Below are positions 1-12,491 of a stretch of DNA of 64,000 nucleotides, one piece after another. The DNA is from Camelus ferus (Eukaryota). The notes beneath the pieces were generated by a model. That model saw only the letters and a list, made by a program, of their open reading frames with translations. It searched no databases and was not told the origin of the DNA. How positions within the stretch are numbered: position 1 is the first letter of the stretch; each line of letters opens with the position of its first letter. The stretch is taken from contig NC_045701.1 in the NCBI RefSeq assembly GCF_009834535.1, forward strand, positions 85,250,001-85,314,000, read 5' to 3'. The position numbers were made by a program, and so were the translations under genes.

Positions 1-7
1 TGGGAAA

Positions 8-80
8 CAGTATCATCCCCATTTTATTGACAGGAAGGTTGAGGCTCTGAAAGGTTGAATAGTTTACTCAGGATCACAGG
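8..80 (-). mobile_element. MIR SINE fragment
   Basis: atcatccccattttattgacaggaaggttgaggctctg resembles the reverse complement of the MIR core (cccattttacagatgaggaaactgaggc). Confidence 0.7.
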
Positions 81-384
81 GAGAAGACAAAGGAGGACTC
101 TCACACCAAAATCTGTGCCCTTTCTTCCTCTTGTTTCTCTAAAAGGGGCTTGGAATCCCATGTCAAAATTTCAGCTCTGTCTACAGCTGGAGGTAGAAGC
201 AACTGACCGGAAGCTCTGAGTCCAGAATGGAGTTTGGAAGTTTCTTTCAGTGCCTGCCCTTCCCATGGACCCACTGGACGACAGGGCCAGTCCATCCACT
301 CACCGCTGTTTACGAGCCAGTGAGCCCATGAGGAGCTTTCAGTAGAAGAAAGATTCTTCACTTAAAAAAGGAAACTTCAAATCA

Positions 385-1094
385 AAAAAATGAAAAATAG
401 TAACAATCATTGAGGATGTGGAGAAATTGGAGCCCTTATACCTTGCTGGTGGGACTGTGAAATGGTACAGCCGCTGTGAAAAACCATTTGGCAGTTTCTC
501 AGCAAGTTCAACCTAGAAGTACCACATGACCCAGCAATACTGCTCCCAGGTATCCACCCAGAGCAACAGGCGTTCAAGAAAAAAACAAAACAAAACAAAC
601 TTGTGCACAAATGTTTTCAGCAGCACCATCCACAATAGCCAAAATGTGGAAGTGATCCAAGTGTCTATCATGGAGAAACAAATGTGGTATAGCCACACAA
701 TGGAGAATTGTTCTGCCATAGAAAGGAACGAAGTACTGACTCATGCTACACCGTGGATGAGCCTTGAATACGTTATGTCAGGTGAGAGAGGCCAGTCAAA
801 AAAACCCCACAAATTGTACGATTCCATTTGTGTGAAGTGTCCAGAATCAGTAATCCAGGGCGAGAGAACGCAGATTGATGTTTGCCAGGGGCTGGCAGGG
901 AGGGAGGAATGGGGAGTGACTGCTTAGTGAGGATGGAGTCTCCTTTGGGGGTGATGAAAATGTTTTGGAACTTGGTAGTGATGATGGTTGCACAGCATTC
1001 TGAATGTTTTGATGCCACTGAACTGTACACGTGAAGCTGGTAAATTATATGTCACATATATTTTACCACAATGAAAAATACTTCTAAAAAAAAA
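385..1094 (+). mobile_element. L1MB-type LINE-1 3' end (ORF2 C-terminal relic + 3'UTR + A tail)
   Basis: Typical L1 3' text (gaggatgtggagaaattggagccc...gacccagcaat); track ORF 526..927 contains MWYSHTMENCSAIERNEVLTHATPWMSLE, a decayed L1 ORF2 C-terminus; ends in an A-run at ~1086-1094. Confidence 0.9.
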
Positions 1095-1129
1095 TCTCCA
1101 ATGGATTTCTCACACTGCTGCTTTTTCTA

Positions 1130-1290
1130 ACCCTCTCTCTCCCCTCTGTCACAGCCAGACTTCTCGGAAGAGCTGTCTGTACAGTCTATCTCCACGTCGC
1201 CATCACCCACAACCCCCTCTGGTCTGGCTTCAGGCACCATCACACCCCCGATTTTGTCCCCCTAGTTTACCTTTTCAGCTCTTACCTGGC
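1130..1290 (+). mobile_element. L2 LINE fragment
   Basis: ccagacttctcggaagagctgtctgtacagtctatctccac resembles the L2 ORF2 region consensus. Confidence 0.55.
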
Positions 1291-1469
1291 TGTGAGGTAT
1301 CATCAGACAAATACACACACACACATGCAGAGTTTTTCCATTTGGATTAGGCTGCCCTCTGTGAAGACTGTCTTGTTCCTGATGCAGCTCACTTGGCATT
1401 GGAAACTTTCAGACTGACACCTTGGCGCTGACCTTGAGCAAGGTTTCATTCCCTGAAGGGAAAGATGGG

Positions 1470-1930
1470 GCTGAGCCCAGCAATTACGCGTTGATGGCCG
1501 TCAACCCAGCTCGTCCTGGGGACGGAGATTCACGCCAAGGTGGGCACCAGATGCAGAATACACATTCGTGAGAATCAAAAGGTAATTTGCACATGTCTCA
1601 AATTGTACCCTCCCTCTCCCCCATCAATTTTCCTCTCCTGCAGAAGGTAAAATTAAAGGCTTCAGAATATTACACCTTTTAGTATTTACCAAGTGACAGG
1701 GAATCAAGGTGTCAAAGTCATTGACAGGCTGACGGATTGAACTTGGGCTTGGAATATCCCTTTATCACAGCTACAATCAGGGCACTTTGTAACCATGTCC
1801 CAGAGACAATAGCAATTAATTTAGGGAAAATACAACCGCAGTGACAACTCGCATGGGTGATTGGACCTTCACACGTTCTGAATACCTCCAGCTCTCCAGC
1901 ATTCAACTTTATGGAAAATTGGAGATGACA
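1470..1930. promoter_or_regulatory. Putative enhancer-like unique island (MEIS/T-box motifs)
   Basis: No recognisable repeat; TGACAG at 1694 and 1722, AGGTGTCA at 1707-1714, AT-rich homeobox-type cores. Confidence 0.35.
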
Positions 1931-1944
1931 GAGCACAGGGGTTC

Positions 1945-2120
1945 AGAACGCAGGCTTTTCTATCATGGAAACCTGGTGTAAGTCCTGGCCATGCCACTTA
2001 CCAGCTGCGTGTCCTTGGACCAGTCACTCGCCTCTTGGAAGTTTGGTTTCCTCTTCTGTAGAAGGGACAGAGCGCGTGTTCCTACAGCACAGGGGCTTTC
2101 GTGACATTGTCAAGGAGCAC
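1945..2120 (+). mobile_element. MIR SINE
   Basis: gccacttaccagctgcgtgtccttggaccagtcact...gtttcctcttctgtag matches the MIR core. Confidence 0.75.
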
Positions 2121-2369
2121 ATTTCTTCTCCTGATAAACCTTTACTTTATGCTGGCCTCTGAGGGCAGGATGGAGATCAAGTGGGTAAGTCCTTGCCCTC
2201 CCACCACCCACATTCTGGAAAATACCACAGGTACAGAATTAGGGCAAGGTCTGGCTTCCTGTAAGCCTTTAGTAAATGCTGGTTAATATTATTTTGAAAG
2301 AGAACACTTTCTTCTTTTTAATTGAGCTGTCACATGCTGTACAGTGCACAAAATATACTGCTTAATAGT

Positions 2370-2704
2370 TTTTTAAAAGTAGACTTTATTTTTTGAGCAG
2401 TTTTAGGTTCACAGCAAAATTGAGTGGACGGTATAGAGAGTTCCCATATAGCCCCTGCCCTTCACCCGTAGCAACCCACAGCCTCCCCCACCATCAGCGT
2501 CCCCGACCGGAGTGGTCCATGTGTTACAGTTGCTGAACCTACATCAACACAGCATCACACAAAGTCCATACTTTACATTAGACTTCATTCTTGGCGTTGT
2601 ACATTCCATGGGTTTGGAAAAACATATAATGACATATATCCACCATCATGATACCATACAGTTTAGTTTCACTGCCCTAAAAAGTCCTCTGTTCTCTGCC
2701 CATC
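2370..2704 (-). mobile_element. L1MB-type LINE-1 3'UTR
   Basis: agactttattttttgagcagttttaggttcacagcaaaattgag...gaacctacatcaacac is the characteristic antisense L1MB1-3 3' end; runs into a gap. Confidence 0.85.
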
Positions 2705-2876
2705 NNNNNNNNNNNNNNNNNNNNNNNNNNNNNNNNNNNNNNNNNNNNNNNNNNNNNNNNNNNNNNNNNNNNNNNNNNNNNNNNNNNNNNNNNNNNNNNN
2801 NNNNNNNNNNNNNNNNNNNNNNNNNNNNNNNNNNNNNNNNNNNNNNNNNNNNNNNNNNNNNNNNNNNNNNNNNNNN
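2705..2876. other. Assembly gap (172 N)
   Basis: Run of N. Confidence 1.
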
Positions 2877-2939
2877 TAATAGCTCATTTCTTCTCAATAA
2901 AAAAATGAATAATATTCTGTTGTCTAGATGTAGCACAGT

Positions 2940-3270
2940 TTAAAGCTCCATTAATTTTTCATGTGCACACATGTAACCACCATCCAGGTCAAGAGGTAGG
3001 ACACCTGTAGCCCACAGGAAGCTCCCTTGCGCCCCCTCCCAGTCACACCCCACCACAGTGACCACTTTTCTCTCCTCTATCACTAAGAATTAGTTTTGCC
3101 ATGTTTGAAACTTATCTATAAACAGAATCTTACATCATTACTCTTTTATGCCTGGTTTCTTTGATTTAAACTTACTTCTGAGGGATTCATCCATGGTGCA
3201 TACATGCAGAGTTCATTTTTCCTTTGCTGTATTGCATAGAAACCTGAATATTATGTGTTATATCCTAAAA
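2940..3270 (-). mobile_element. Old L1ME-type LINE-1 3' fragment
   Basis: catgtaaccaccatccaggtcaagaggtaggacac...tagttttgccatgtttgaaacttatctataaacagaatc; probably the host of the L1MB at 2370. Confidence 0.75.
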
Positions 3271-3474
3271 TATGAACATGTCCTGGGATCAGACACTGCA
3301 GGAAGCGTCAGGGAATACAGAGATGTATGTGCCCAGGGCAAGACTTGTGCTCAGAGGATGCACAGCTTAAGAGTGGATGTGAAACATCCTAAATTTCCCC
3401 AACGTGAAGTGTCTCATCAACTGTCTCTAAGACAAGGAGTGTATTACACTTTATGGGAAAACCAGCAGGAAGAA

Positions 3475-3720
3475 ATGTATTCATTTGAATACTCTTTGAG
3501 CTCTAACAAGATGCCAGGCCCTGTGCTGAGAGCCTGAGAGACAATAAGGTGGAGAAGATATGCTTCCTCACTTTGGAGAGCTAATATCTAGGGACTGGGG
3601 AAATGCAGACAAGTTGCCAATGATATGTGCTCTGATAGAGCAACTGCAAAAGGCTAAGGATGTCCAGAAGAAGAGGGGCCCCTCCCAGCCTGGGAGGACA
3701 GGGAATGTGCAGTGGACATT
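3475..3720 (-). mobile_element. L2 LINE 3' end
   Basis: tattcatttgaatactctttgagc...tgccaggccctgtgctgag resembles the antisense L2 tail. Confidence 0.65.
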
Positions 3721-3789
3721 GCTGGCGGCCTGGCCTGCAGACACTCCTTCCTCCCTCCCCACAGCCAAGCCTTCTTTGGGCAATAATTT

Positions 3790-4150
3790 ATTCAAAATGG
3801 TGGCCACATTACACTGAGCCTCCCCCCTACCCCTGCTCCAGCAGTTGACTCCTGATTGGTCCAAGCCAGCCAAGAGGCTCCTGTTCCCCACCAGCCATTG
3901 GTTTAGCCATGGTCATGTGATACATTCTGGCCAATTAGATGTGAGGGAAAGTCACCTGGAGTGAGTGGAGGGCAAAACTTCTAAGAAACATTCCTCCCTG
4001 ATTTGAAAAAAAGAAACAATGTCTCTCGGGAGGAATTATCTCATTTTTATGCCACTGGTCTTCATTATGAATAGGTGACACCACGTCTTTTTGCTCATAA
4101 AACTTCTAGCAGAATTAACCCAGAACTACTGCATTTCTGGACTTCCAGAG
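3790..4150. mobile_element. MLT1 (ERVL-MaLR, MLT1J/K-like) LTR fragment
   Basis: cattggtttagccatggtcatgtgatacattctggccaattagatgtgaggg is typical old MLT1 text. Confidence 0.65.
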
Positions 4151-4625
4151 TATCTGGTATATATATACAATGGAATACTATTCAGCCATAAAAAGGAATG
4201 AAATAATGTCATTTGCAGCTACATGGATAAACCTAGAGATTATCATACTAAGTGAAGTAAGTAAGACAAAGACAAATATCAAATGATATATATCACTTCT
4301 ATGTGGAATCTAAAAAAAATGATACAAATGAACTTATGTACAAAACAGAAACAGACTCACAGACATAGAAAACCAACTATGGTAATCAAAGGGGAAAGAG
4401 AGGGGAAGGATAAATTAAGAACTTGGGATTAATAGATACACACTACTATATATAAAATATATAAACAGCAAGTATCCACTGTACAGCACAGAGAACTATA
4501 TTGACTATCTTGTAATAACTTATAACGGAAAAAAATCTGAAAAAAGGGTATATATCTGAACCACTTTGCTATATACCGGAAACTAACACAACTTTTAAAT
4601 CAACTATAATTCAATAAAAGAAAAT
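4151..4625 (+). mobile_element. Cetartiodactyl-type LINE-1 3' end, 5'-truncated
   Basis: caatggaatactattcagccataaaaaggaatgaaataatg...acagactcacagacatagaaaacc...gaaactaacacaac...aataaaa. Confidence 0.92.
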
Positions 4626-4929
4626 TATGCTGTGAAACCTGTCTTTTGAACAAGGGAAGAACAAATCTTATTTGCTGCGTTTGTGTTAAATGTCACCATT
4701 AGTACATACATTTGGATGTAAACAAAATCCCTGCAATGACAACAGAGTATGAATGAGATTATAGCAGGCCAAGAACTGGACCTCCAAGGCCTGTCCCTTT
4801 CCTGAGAAATTTCGAGATTGTACAAATGAGTCTCTAGAACCCATGAAAGACAATATGTGGACTGCTCTATTTCTCTGGACTAAAGTTTCTTATGTCGTAA
4901 GCCTTTCTATTTTTAAGAAAATGCAAAAA

Positions 4930-5300
4930 AAGTTGTACCCTTCCTCCAAAATTGCATTGTGAGCATTTTCCCATGCTGTTATGCTTTCCTTGGGAAACAT
5001 GACTTTTATCAGCTAATCATATTCCATAATATGGATAGACCATTATTTACTTATCCAATTATTGTTGGATATTTGATTTCATTTCTCCACTTTTTGCTTT
5101 TAACAATACAGTTAAAGAGAAACCTAATACTAATATCTTAGTGTGCATTTCTGACCCTAGCTTTGGGGTAGAGTCTTCAAAGTGGAGTTATTGGGTCAAA
5201 GGGTGTGACTATATTTAAGACTCTTAGTATATTTTGCCAAATTTCCTTCCAGAGAAGTTGCAACACGGCACATTCCCACAGGCAACATTTGAAAGTGGAT
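4930..5300 (-). mobile_element. L1ME-type LINE-1 fragment
   Basis: tattccataatatggatagaccattatttacttatccaatt...aagtggagttattgggtcaaagggtgtg. Confidence 0.75.
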
Positions 5301-5774
5301 CATGACCTGGATCATGGGGACGTAGGATGCACCAGCCCAGACCCCAACCCTGGAGAGCTTGTTAATTCTCATCTAATGAAGATGACAGCATGACTGGCCG
5401 AGGATGGCAGGCACAACAACTACCGAGTGGGAACGGGCGCTGTTAGGGCGTATTCTAGAATGACTCCATACCACACAGGAACCCTGGGGCTGCCGCATTC
5501 ATTTCCCTTCTGCCTTCACCGTGGGACCAGTGACTGCCTGGAGCCAGAGTGCCCAAGGGGCTGGGGGCAGGTCTGGCCAAGCTCAGATATTTCATCTTGC
5601 AGAGTCTGTGTTCTCGTTCCACACTGGACTGGTCATGTTCTTTTGTTAGCATCTTTGCTCCCAGTTTCTGTCTACGATCACTTTAAACCCAGTCCTTATT
5701 AAGTGTTATTACCAGGCTGGGTAGTGTCCTTGAATATTCTCTGATGAAGTCTGGCACCAGACTTGAGACATTCA

Positions 5775-6310
5775 CTCATTTCTTTATTTAATTTTTATTC
5801 AGCATGTATATTAATAACTACCTACTATGGGCCAGATGCATCGAGAAGCACGGTGGTGGACAAGACATACATGGTCCTTCTCCTCGTGGAGGTTAATTGT
5901 CTAGTGGTGGAGCTACATAATAGGCTATAGACAAACAAAATAATATATAATTACCAAACTTTGGTATGTACCATAAAGGACACAAATAGAACCCTGTGTA
6001 GAGGCCTCTGTGGATCTATTTCAGAGAAGTGGGCAGGGATGCCTCTCTGAGGAAGTGGTGTTTAATTTGAGACTTGAAGGATGAGAATGAGAATGGGATG
6101 ATTGAGGGAAAAGTATTCTTGGCAAAGGGAACAGCATGTTCTTGAGATAGGAGAGCTCATTGTGTTTATAAGGGACTAAAAGGTAGCAGTGGGCTGAAGC
6201 AGAGGGCGGCAGTGGCAGGAGGTGGGCTTGGAGCAGGAGGTAATGAGCAGTTTTCCTTTTGTCCTTAATCCCAGCCACCGAAGGGTTATAAGCTGAGGCA
6301 AATGGGGAGG
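5775..6310 (-). mobile_element. L2 LINE 3' portion
   Basis: ttcactcatttctttatttaa...ctacctactatgggccag...gaggaagtggtgtttaatttgagacttgaaggatgag. Confidence 0.8.
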
Positions 6311-7457
6311 AAAGGGTTCCACGAGCCTGTTTTTTGATGTAAATGGATTAAAGAGAACGAGGCAGTGGAGTGGCCTGACAGGACTGTTGCAGGCGTCCAG
6401 GCATGAGATGATGACCAACAACAGGATGAGGATGTAGAAGGAAGCCGGAAGGAGGTTTCAAGGCATCTTGTCCACACCATCCCATTGGACATCAGGTCAC
6501 TCTGGGGCCAGGTCAGGCTGGCCAAGGTGGGTGCGGGGGCTGTCAGCTTTTCCCACAGGCCTGGCCAGCAGCCACCTACAAAGCGTGCTAGTCACACCCG
6601 AGATCCTCTGTCACCCGTAAAGACCTCGAACTCCGCTCACAGATGAACACTCCCTCTGCAGAGGCATGTTTCAGAAGACACAACCCAGGAGAGATCTCGT
6701 TTCAACCTGTTCTCAGTCACTGACACCTGAGTGGAAAAGAGTTTCTGAGACTAAAACTTCGGTGAGTCCCTCTCTCTCTGCCTCTGTTTCCTCATCTGTA
6801 TAGCAGAAGGTTTGTCTCCTCCCTTCCCTGTGTTCATTCAACAACCTGGGTCCCCGCTGTGCCTGGCTGGGCACTGGGGAGTAAGAGTAAGAGACAATTG
6901 CTGACCCCAAGAAGCTTAAAACTCAGCAAGCCTCCAAGATTCCTGGGAGTCCATCGAAATAAACCTCACCGATTTCCCCACTTTGCTGAGCATCGCTCCT
7001 CAATTCCAGACACTGCCACCCCTTCCTCTCAGACCTCATCCAGCACATCCTTTTCACGGCTTTGATGTCTCTGGGGGACTTTCATTCAGATTTCTGGGCT
7101 ATGATGGAGGCTGGGACTCACCCTGACTCACCGGGCTGACGTGCCCAGAAGCACAGGACTCTCACTCAGACCATCTCTGGACCTTGTGATGAATGCTAAG
7201 CAATGTGACATTCTTGCCCTTAGGAAGCCCTTAGGACAGATCCTCAAACCGCCCCCTCCAACCCACCCTCAGCCCCATCTTGTCCCAGCCTGGTCTCTGC
7301 CCGGGCCAGAACCTGGTCATAAATGACTGTCAGAATGAATTTCCACGGCCTGAGAAATTCATACACACCCGCCAAGGTTGATGCCAAACCTCATCATTGC
7401 GGTTCTAAGATGAATTCTTTCTAGAAGGGTCTTGCTCAGGAGGCCAAAAACCTATGC

Positions 7458-7501
7458 TTTGTTTTGTTTTGTTTTGTTTTGTTTTGTTTTGTTTTGTTTT
7501 T
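7458..7501. repeat. (GTTTT)8 microsatellite
   Basis: Eight perfect GTTTT units at 7461-7500. Confidence 0.98.
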
Positions 7502-7942
7502 AACAAGGGAAGAAAAGTGAGATGAGATGAAAGAACAGAAAGAAGGGGAAACACTTTAACTGTCGCTGGAGTCCTACTATGTGCCCGGAGGGTCCACATC
7601 TGTCCGCTTTCTGGTAGATGATTTTCCAAATGGGCCTTCTGAGGCTGAAGTCAAGAAATGTGTATGTTCAGCCAATAAGTTTGAAGGCTGGGGAATCAAG
7701 TCAAACTTGTTTGTCTCCAAAAGGTTTCCTTTTTACTACCTGGACACCCAGAGGGAAAAAGGACTGGAGTAAAGACTGATGGAATTTTGGATGTGGCTTT
7801 CGCATCCCTTCAGCGTGGCTGATTGAGTTCCCTTAACCCAGCCAACACTTGCGTGAGATCACTGTGTGCCTGGTGTGATGGCAGGGAGAGCCCACCCTGT
7901 GCTCTGTGCCCTCGTGGAGCTGATAACCAGCAGGAGGCTAAG

Positions 7943-7960
7943 ACACACACACACACACAC
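7943..7960. repeat. (AC)9 microsatellite
   Basis: Direct reading. Confidence 0.95.
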
Positions 7961-8382
7961 AACGGGGAAGAAGACAGAACAAAGCCAAAAGCCAAGAGAG
8001 CTCCCGGGGACGGAGGTGGTGCTCCCTTCCTCACAGGTCACAACTCTGGTTATTTCTTTCTTTGGGAGGTTCCTTCTTTGATTGCAGGTGGGAAGCTAGC
8101 CCTATCACCCAAGGACATGGATGTGGCAGAAATGCCCTTTGTGGGGAACAGTTTGTTTCGTAGATATCTGAAAGAACCAAGCTGTAGGCTGAGGGCCCGC
8201 CATCCAGGCTGGGCGTGCTCCAGTGCCAGACTTTGAGTCCTCTCCAAGACAGATCCCACCAACACCTGTTTTACAGAGAACACAGAGGAAAATCTCCTCG
8301 GGGGTCTGTTTCTGCATAATGTGTAATGGCATACCTAAAAGAAAGAAAGGATGGAGGGAAGGGTGGGAGGGTGGAAGAAAAA

Positions 8383-8922
8383 TGTTTTTGTTTTCCATCA
8401 CTGCATAACAAATCACCACAAATGCAGCAACTTAAAGCAATACAGTTGATCATCTTGCAGTGCCCCTGGGTCAGGACTCCAGGCACGGGTCAGCCAAAGG
8501 GCTCGCAAGGCGGAAATCAAGGTCCTGGCCAGGGCAGTGGTCTCACCTGGAGCTCCTCCAAGCTTGTTCAGGCTGCTGGCAGAATTCAGTTCCTTGTGTC
8601 CTTGATTCTGGGTTGGCTGTCTATCGGGGACCACTGTCAGCAACCAGAGGCCGCAGCATCCCTTGCCACGTGGCCCTCCACCTTTAAGCCAGCGAGGGAG
8701 ACCCTCCCCCTGTGCTTCCCATCTCTGAATTCCCTGTCTCTGAGCTCTGAACCAGATTTTAAGGGCTCCTGTGATTAGGGAAGGCCTACAGGCTATCTCT
8801 CTATCTGAAGGTCGACAGCCTTGGGACCCCAATTACCTCTGCCAAACCCCTTCACAGCCACATCTCAGCATGGGTACACATGGGCTGGGAATTTGGGGGG
8901 CTCTTTTAAAATTCTGCTACTA
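8383..8922 (-). mobile_element. MLT1D/E-type solo LTR (ERVL-MaLR)
   Basis: Begins tgtttttgttttccatcactgcataacaaatcaccacaaa (reverse complement of the MLT1 3' end); includes ctgctggcagaattcagttccttg; ends attctgctac. Confidence 0.85.
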
Positions 8923-9409
8923 AAGAGAGAGGGAGAGAGAGAAAGACTGAGAGGCCACCGAGTGTGAGGGAGGATGGAGCAGAAGGTTCATAAACACAGC
9001 TGTAGTTGAAGGTGAGGGGGTGAGTCCTAGCCACCTCCTGCGTCTGCAGATCCCTGTAGTGGAGGGGCTGGTGGGCCCCGAAGACCACGCAGGTTTCCGG
9101 GAACCACAGCCACTCATGTCCAGCACCCGGCACATGAGACTGACCAGGTGGACACAGCTGACGAAGGGGCATAGGAGTCAGCATGGCAGGGAACCCCTAC
9201 CCCAGCAGTGGGCTGGACTTCGTTTAGTCACATTTGCTCAGTGATGAGAACTTGAGTGGTTGACAAGGTCGAGGGGAGTCCATCTTTGGAGGATGATTTT
9301 CTGGTTCATTGACTTTTCCAGTTACCTGAAGCTCTCTCACTGCAGCAGAAAACCTCTCCTTTTCTTTTCCAAGAATTAAAAGTGACAGCTTGAATTGTTC
9401 TTCTCTTCC

Positions 9410-9755
9410 TTCCAAAGCAGTACATATTCATTGTCAAAAGAGAAGAAACCACAGATTAACAAAAAGACAAAATACCTCCCATTCAGAATCCCTCCCTGGA
9501 GGCCACTTTGAAGGTTTTGTATATATTTTTGTCCAAAATGAGAGGATATTATATACATTGTTTTACAACTCACTTTTTCACTGCCTGTATTGAAAAGATC
9601 GTGGTACAGTGACATTTTCCTGTACAATACTCCATTATATAGATACATCATGATTTATTTAACCAATCTCCTATTATAACCTATGTTGAAATGAACATCT
9701 AGTAACTATATCTGAACTGTTTCCTTAGAACAATGCCCAGAAGTGGAATTAGGAG
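9410..9755 (-). mobile_element. L1ME-type LINE-1 fragment
   Basis: tactccattatatagatacatcatgatttatttaaccaatctcctatt...cccagaagtggaatt. Confidence 0.7.
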
Positions 9756-9764
9756 ACAGATTTC

Positions 9765-9900
9765 TTTCTGAGTCTCCGTGTCTTCATCTATCAAATGGGG
9801 GTAACAGTGGTGCCCACGTCCTAGGATTGTGGGGCAGTTAAATATTAACAAGGTTCAGCACAGAGTAAATGTGCAATGCAAGTTGCTATTGAGCAGCCCA
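9765..9900 (+). mobile_element. MIR SINE
   Basis: gtctccgtgtcttcatctatcaaatgggggtaacagtggtgcccac. Confidence 0.7.
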
Positions 9901-10564
9901 TTTTTGGAAACATGCCTTTTAATGGATGTTTCTAGCATATGATACACACGTGCACCTGTCTATCCAATGGTAGAAACCGCATCTCCCCCAGCCCATGACA
10001 GAAGGATGTCCAGTGTTCCTGTGGTGGTCTCCAAAGAGGACCATGATCAACTCTCCCTCCCTGTACACATTTGCCGCTCCTCCCATCTACGTCCCATCTG
10101 GTTGAATCAGTTATGGCCTTGCCACTGGCTTTGGCCAACAGATGCCCCTAAAGTAACCTTTGTTCCTCCCAGACCTAATATCATGACCCTATCAACATAG
10201 AAGCTTTATCGGAAAGGCTTGGAGAGGAGCTCAGAGATGCTGGCCTCAGAGATGAGGATGGCCATGTCGCCCCAAGCTGCCCAGTGGGTAAAGCTCAGGG
10301 TAAAATGCTGAGCTGGGTGCTCTACATATGTGGGTCCTCCAGAGTCAGACCTGTCCCTGACCCCAGGCTTCCTAATACCCCACTAGCCTGAAGACCCTCC
10401 TCTGAACTCCAAGGCTAGTTTTCACACTGTCCGGCCTTTGTGTCTGCTGTTCCGTCTGCCAGGCATGCCCTTCCCTTTTGAACCCTCCCTGCCAACAGCC
10501 TCCCTCCTAGGCTACTGCAGGCAAACATCGGTCAGATCATGCACCCAGCTCATAAGCTAAGGCA

Positions 10565-10847
10565 CTGGTCTTCTTCTAAAAGAGAAACAGAGACGCAGAG
10601 ACAGAGACAACGTGGAGAAGAAGGCTACGTGATGACAGAGGCAGAGATTGGAGAAGCCAAAGGACACCAAGGATGCTGGCAAACATCAGAATCTAGAAGA
10701 GGCACAGAAGGATTCTCTCCCAGAGCTTTCGGAGGAAGCTTGGCCCTGCCCACGCCTGATGTGTGACTTCTAACTTTCAGAGCTGTGAGACAGTAAGTTT
10801 CTGTTGTTTAAGTCATTTTGCCACAGCAGCTCTAAGAAACTAATACA
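10565..10847 (+). mobile_element. MLT1C/D-type LTR (3' part)
   Basis: gtgatgacagaggcagagattggag...ggattctctcccagagctttcggaggaagc...aagaaactaataca terminus. Confidence 0.88.
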
Positions 10848-10929
10848 GTGTCTAAGAGAAAGGCATCCATGCAGCAAGGTTTAAAGTTGAGTGGATGAGC
10901 AGAGTGGCAGGTGGGGAGAGACGTCCGGG

Positions 10930-11105
10930 TCCAACTGCCTGCTCACTAGCTCTGTGTACTGAGCAAAGTGACCTACATCGCCAAGCCTCAATTTCTTCAT
11001 TTTTCAAATGAGTACGTTGCCCCTGCCCTGTCTTTCTCTTAGGTTAGTGGGGGGCTCAAAGTGGTTGACATATGCAGAAGCGCTCCACTGACTTTAAGGT
11101 GCCAT
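10930..11105 (+). mobile_element. MIR SINE
   Basis: ctcactagctctgtgtactgagcaaagtgacc...gcctcaatttcttcatttttcaaatg. Confidence 0.7.
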
Positions 11106-11329
11106 AAAAAAAAGTTGAGTTTCTGCACAAAATGAATAATTTGCTTAATAAATATTATGGCACTCCTGCTGTGTAGACTTTGTGCAGGCAGGAAGTACAA
11201 AGATCGACTCAGGAGCAAATTGATTCTTTAGGGATCTTGGATAAAAGCTATCAGATGAGTGGAAAGTAGATTTCCACTGGAGCCTCAGAAGAACTTTCTG
11301 AAAGGGGCCCGTTATGGTGCCTAGCTGAG

Positions 11330-11460
11330 ACAGTAGAGTGCAGTGGTGAGGAGCCAGGCCGCCAGGGCTCGAGTTCTGCTTCTGCCATGTACTAGCTGTG
11401 TGACTTCAGGAAAGGTCTGAACCTCTCTGTGCCTCAGAGCCCTCGCCTGTGAAGCAGAGA
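11330..11460 (+). mobile_element. MIR SINE
   Basis: ctgccatgtactagctgtgtgacttcaggaaagg...aacctctctgtgcctcag. Confidence 0.8.
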
Positions 11461-11689
11461 ACAGCCAGTGCAGTCTGGCAGAGGTGTCTAGCGTGGGGTG
11501 GCCTACAAGAAGCAGGGAGCCCTCTGCGCCTGGCCACATGCAGGAGGAGGATGGACACATGCTGGGGTGTGTGGACACGATCTGTACACTGAGCTGGTGA
11601 ACCTAGAGGCCCCTGAGCACCTGGGAGTTTACAAAGGCATGGCCTGGCCCTCCAGGAATGCCCAGGCTAGGGCATCCTGACAAAGTAAC

Positions 11690-12030
11690 TAACACAGGTG
11701 AGAAATGATGATTGCATGAGAGTTGCACGTAAGAGATGATGTCCTTGAGGGGCCACAGACGGACTTGATCAAGGAGGCATTTGAAAGGGCCTTGCAGGAT
11801 GGTTTGGATTTGGACCTTCAGGGATGGGGAGGAAGGACACTCACTGGGGATGGATGAGTCTGGTCTGTGAATGGGGACAGGCGAGAACAGCTCCATCTGA
11901 CTGGCCTGTAGGACACAGCGTCAGTGAGGGTGAGGCCTCAAAGGGCTTGAATGCCAGGCCAAGGGGTTTGGGCATTGGCTGGGTGCTGGGAAGTTCTTGA
12001 AGGGCCAGGCTGGTCCGATCTTAACTGCTT
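11690..12030 (-). mobile_element. L2 LINE fragment
   Basis: aagggcttgaatgccaggccaaggggtttgg and upstream L2-like text. Confidence 0.55.
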
Positions 12031-12491
12031 TAAGTAGAACCAAGCAACTGATTGTTAAAACTTGCCTGCAAACCTTTGACCTGCCCTCTACCCTAGAACC
12101 AAATAGAGCTGCCTCCAGTCCCCTGTGCCTACAGAATCATGGCACCGTGCTGGGGCCCTAGACTTAGGCCTTAACTAGCTTCTTACTTCTCTGTTTCCAG
12201 GTTTCTTTGAGGGATGAGGGTCACTCACAGGCTGGTATCCGGAGGTCAGCAAGAGGGAGGCCTGGCCAAGGGGAGGGTGGGTGCTGCCAACAGGAGTGGG
12301 TTCTTCTGCCTTGGTGCCCAGGCTCTGTTCTCACTGAGGGCGCAGGAGAGGGCTGTTAAGATGCCGGAACAAAGACTCCTGCTTGAATGACAGCTCCAAG
12401 CAGGATCTAAAATCAGCTTCAGCCTGTGGGTGGGACTATGCAAAGCATGGCTCTTGGTAAGGTGCCTTTGCTGAGACAGGATCAAATCCTA

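Noticed and set aside
526-927. 133-aa ORF
   Set aside because: Decayed L1 ORF2 C-terminus and 3'UTR, not a host gene
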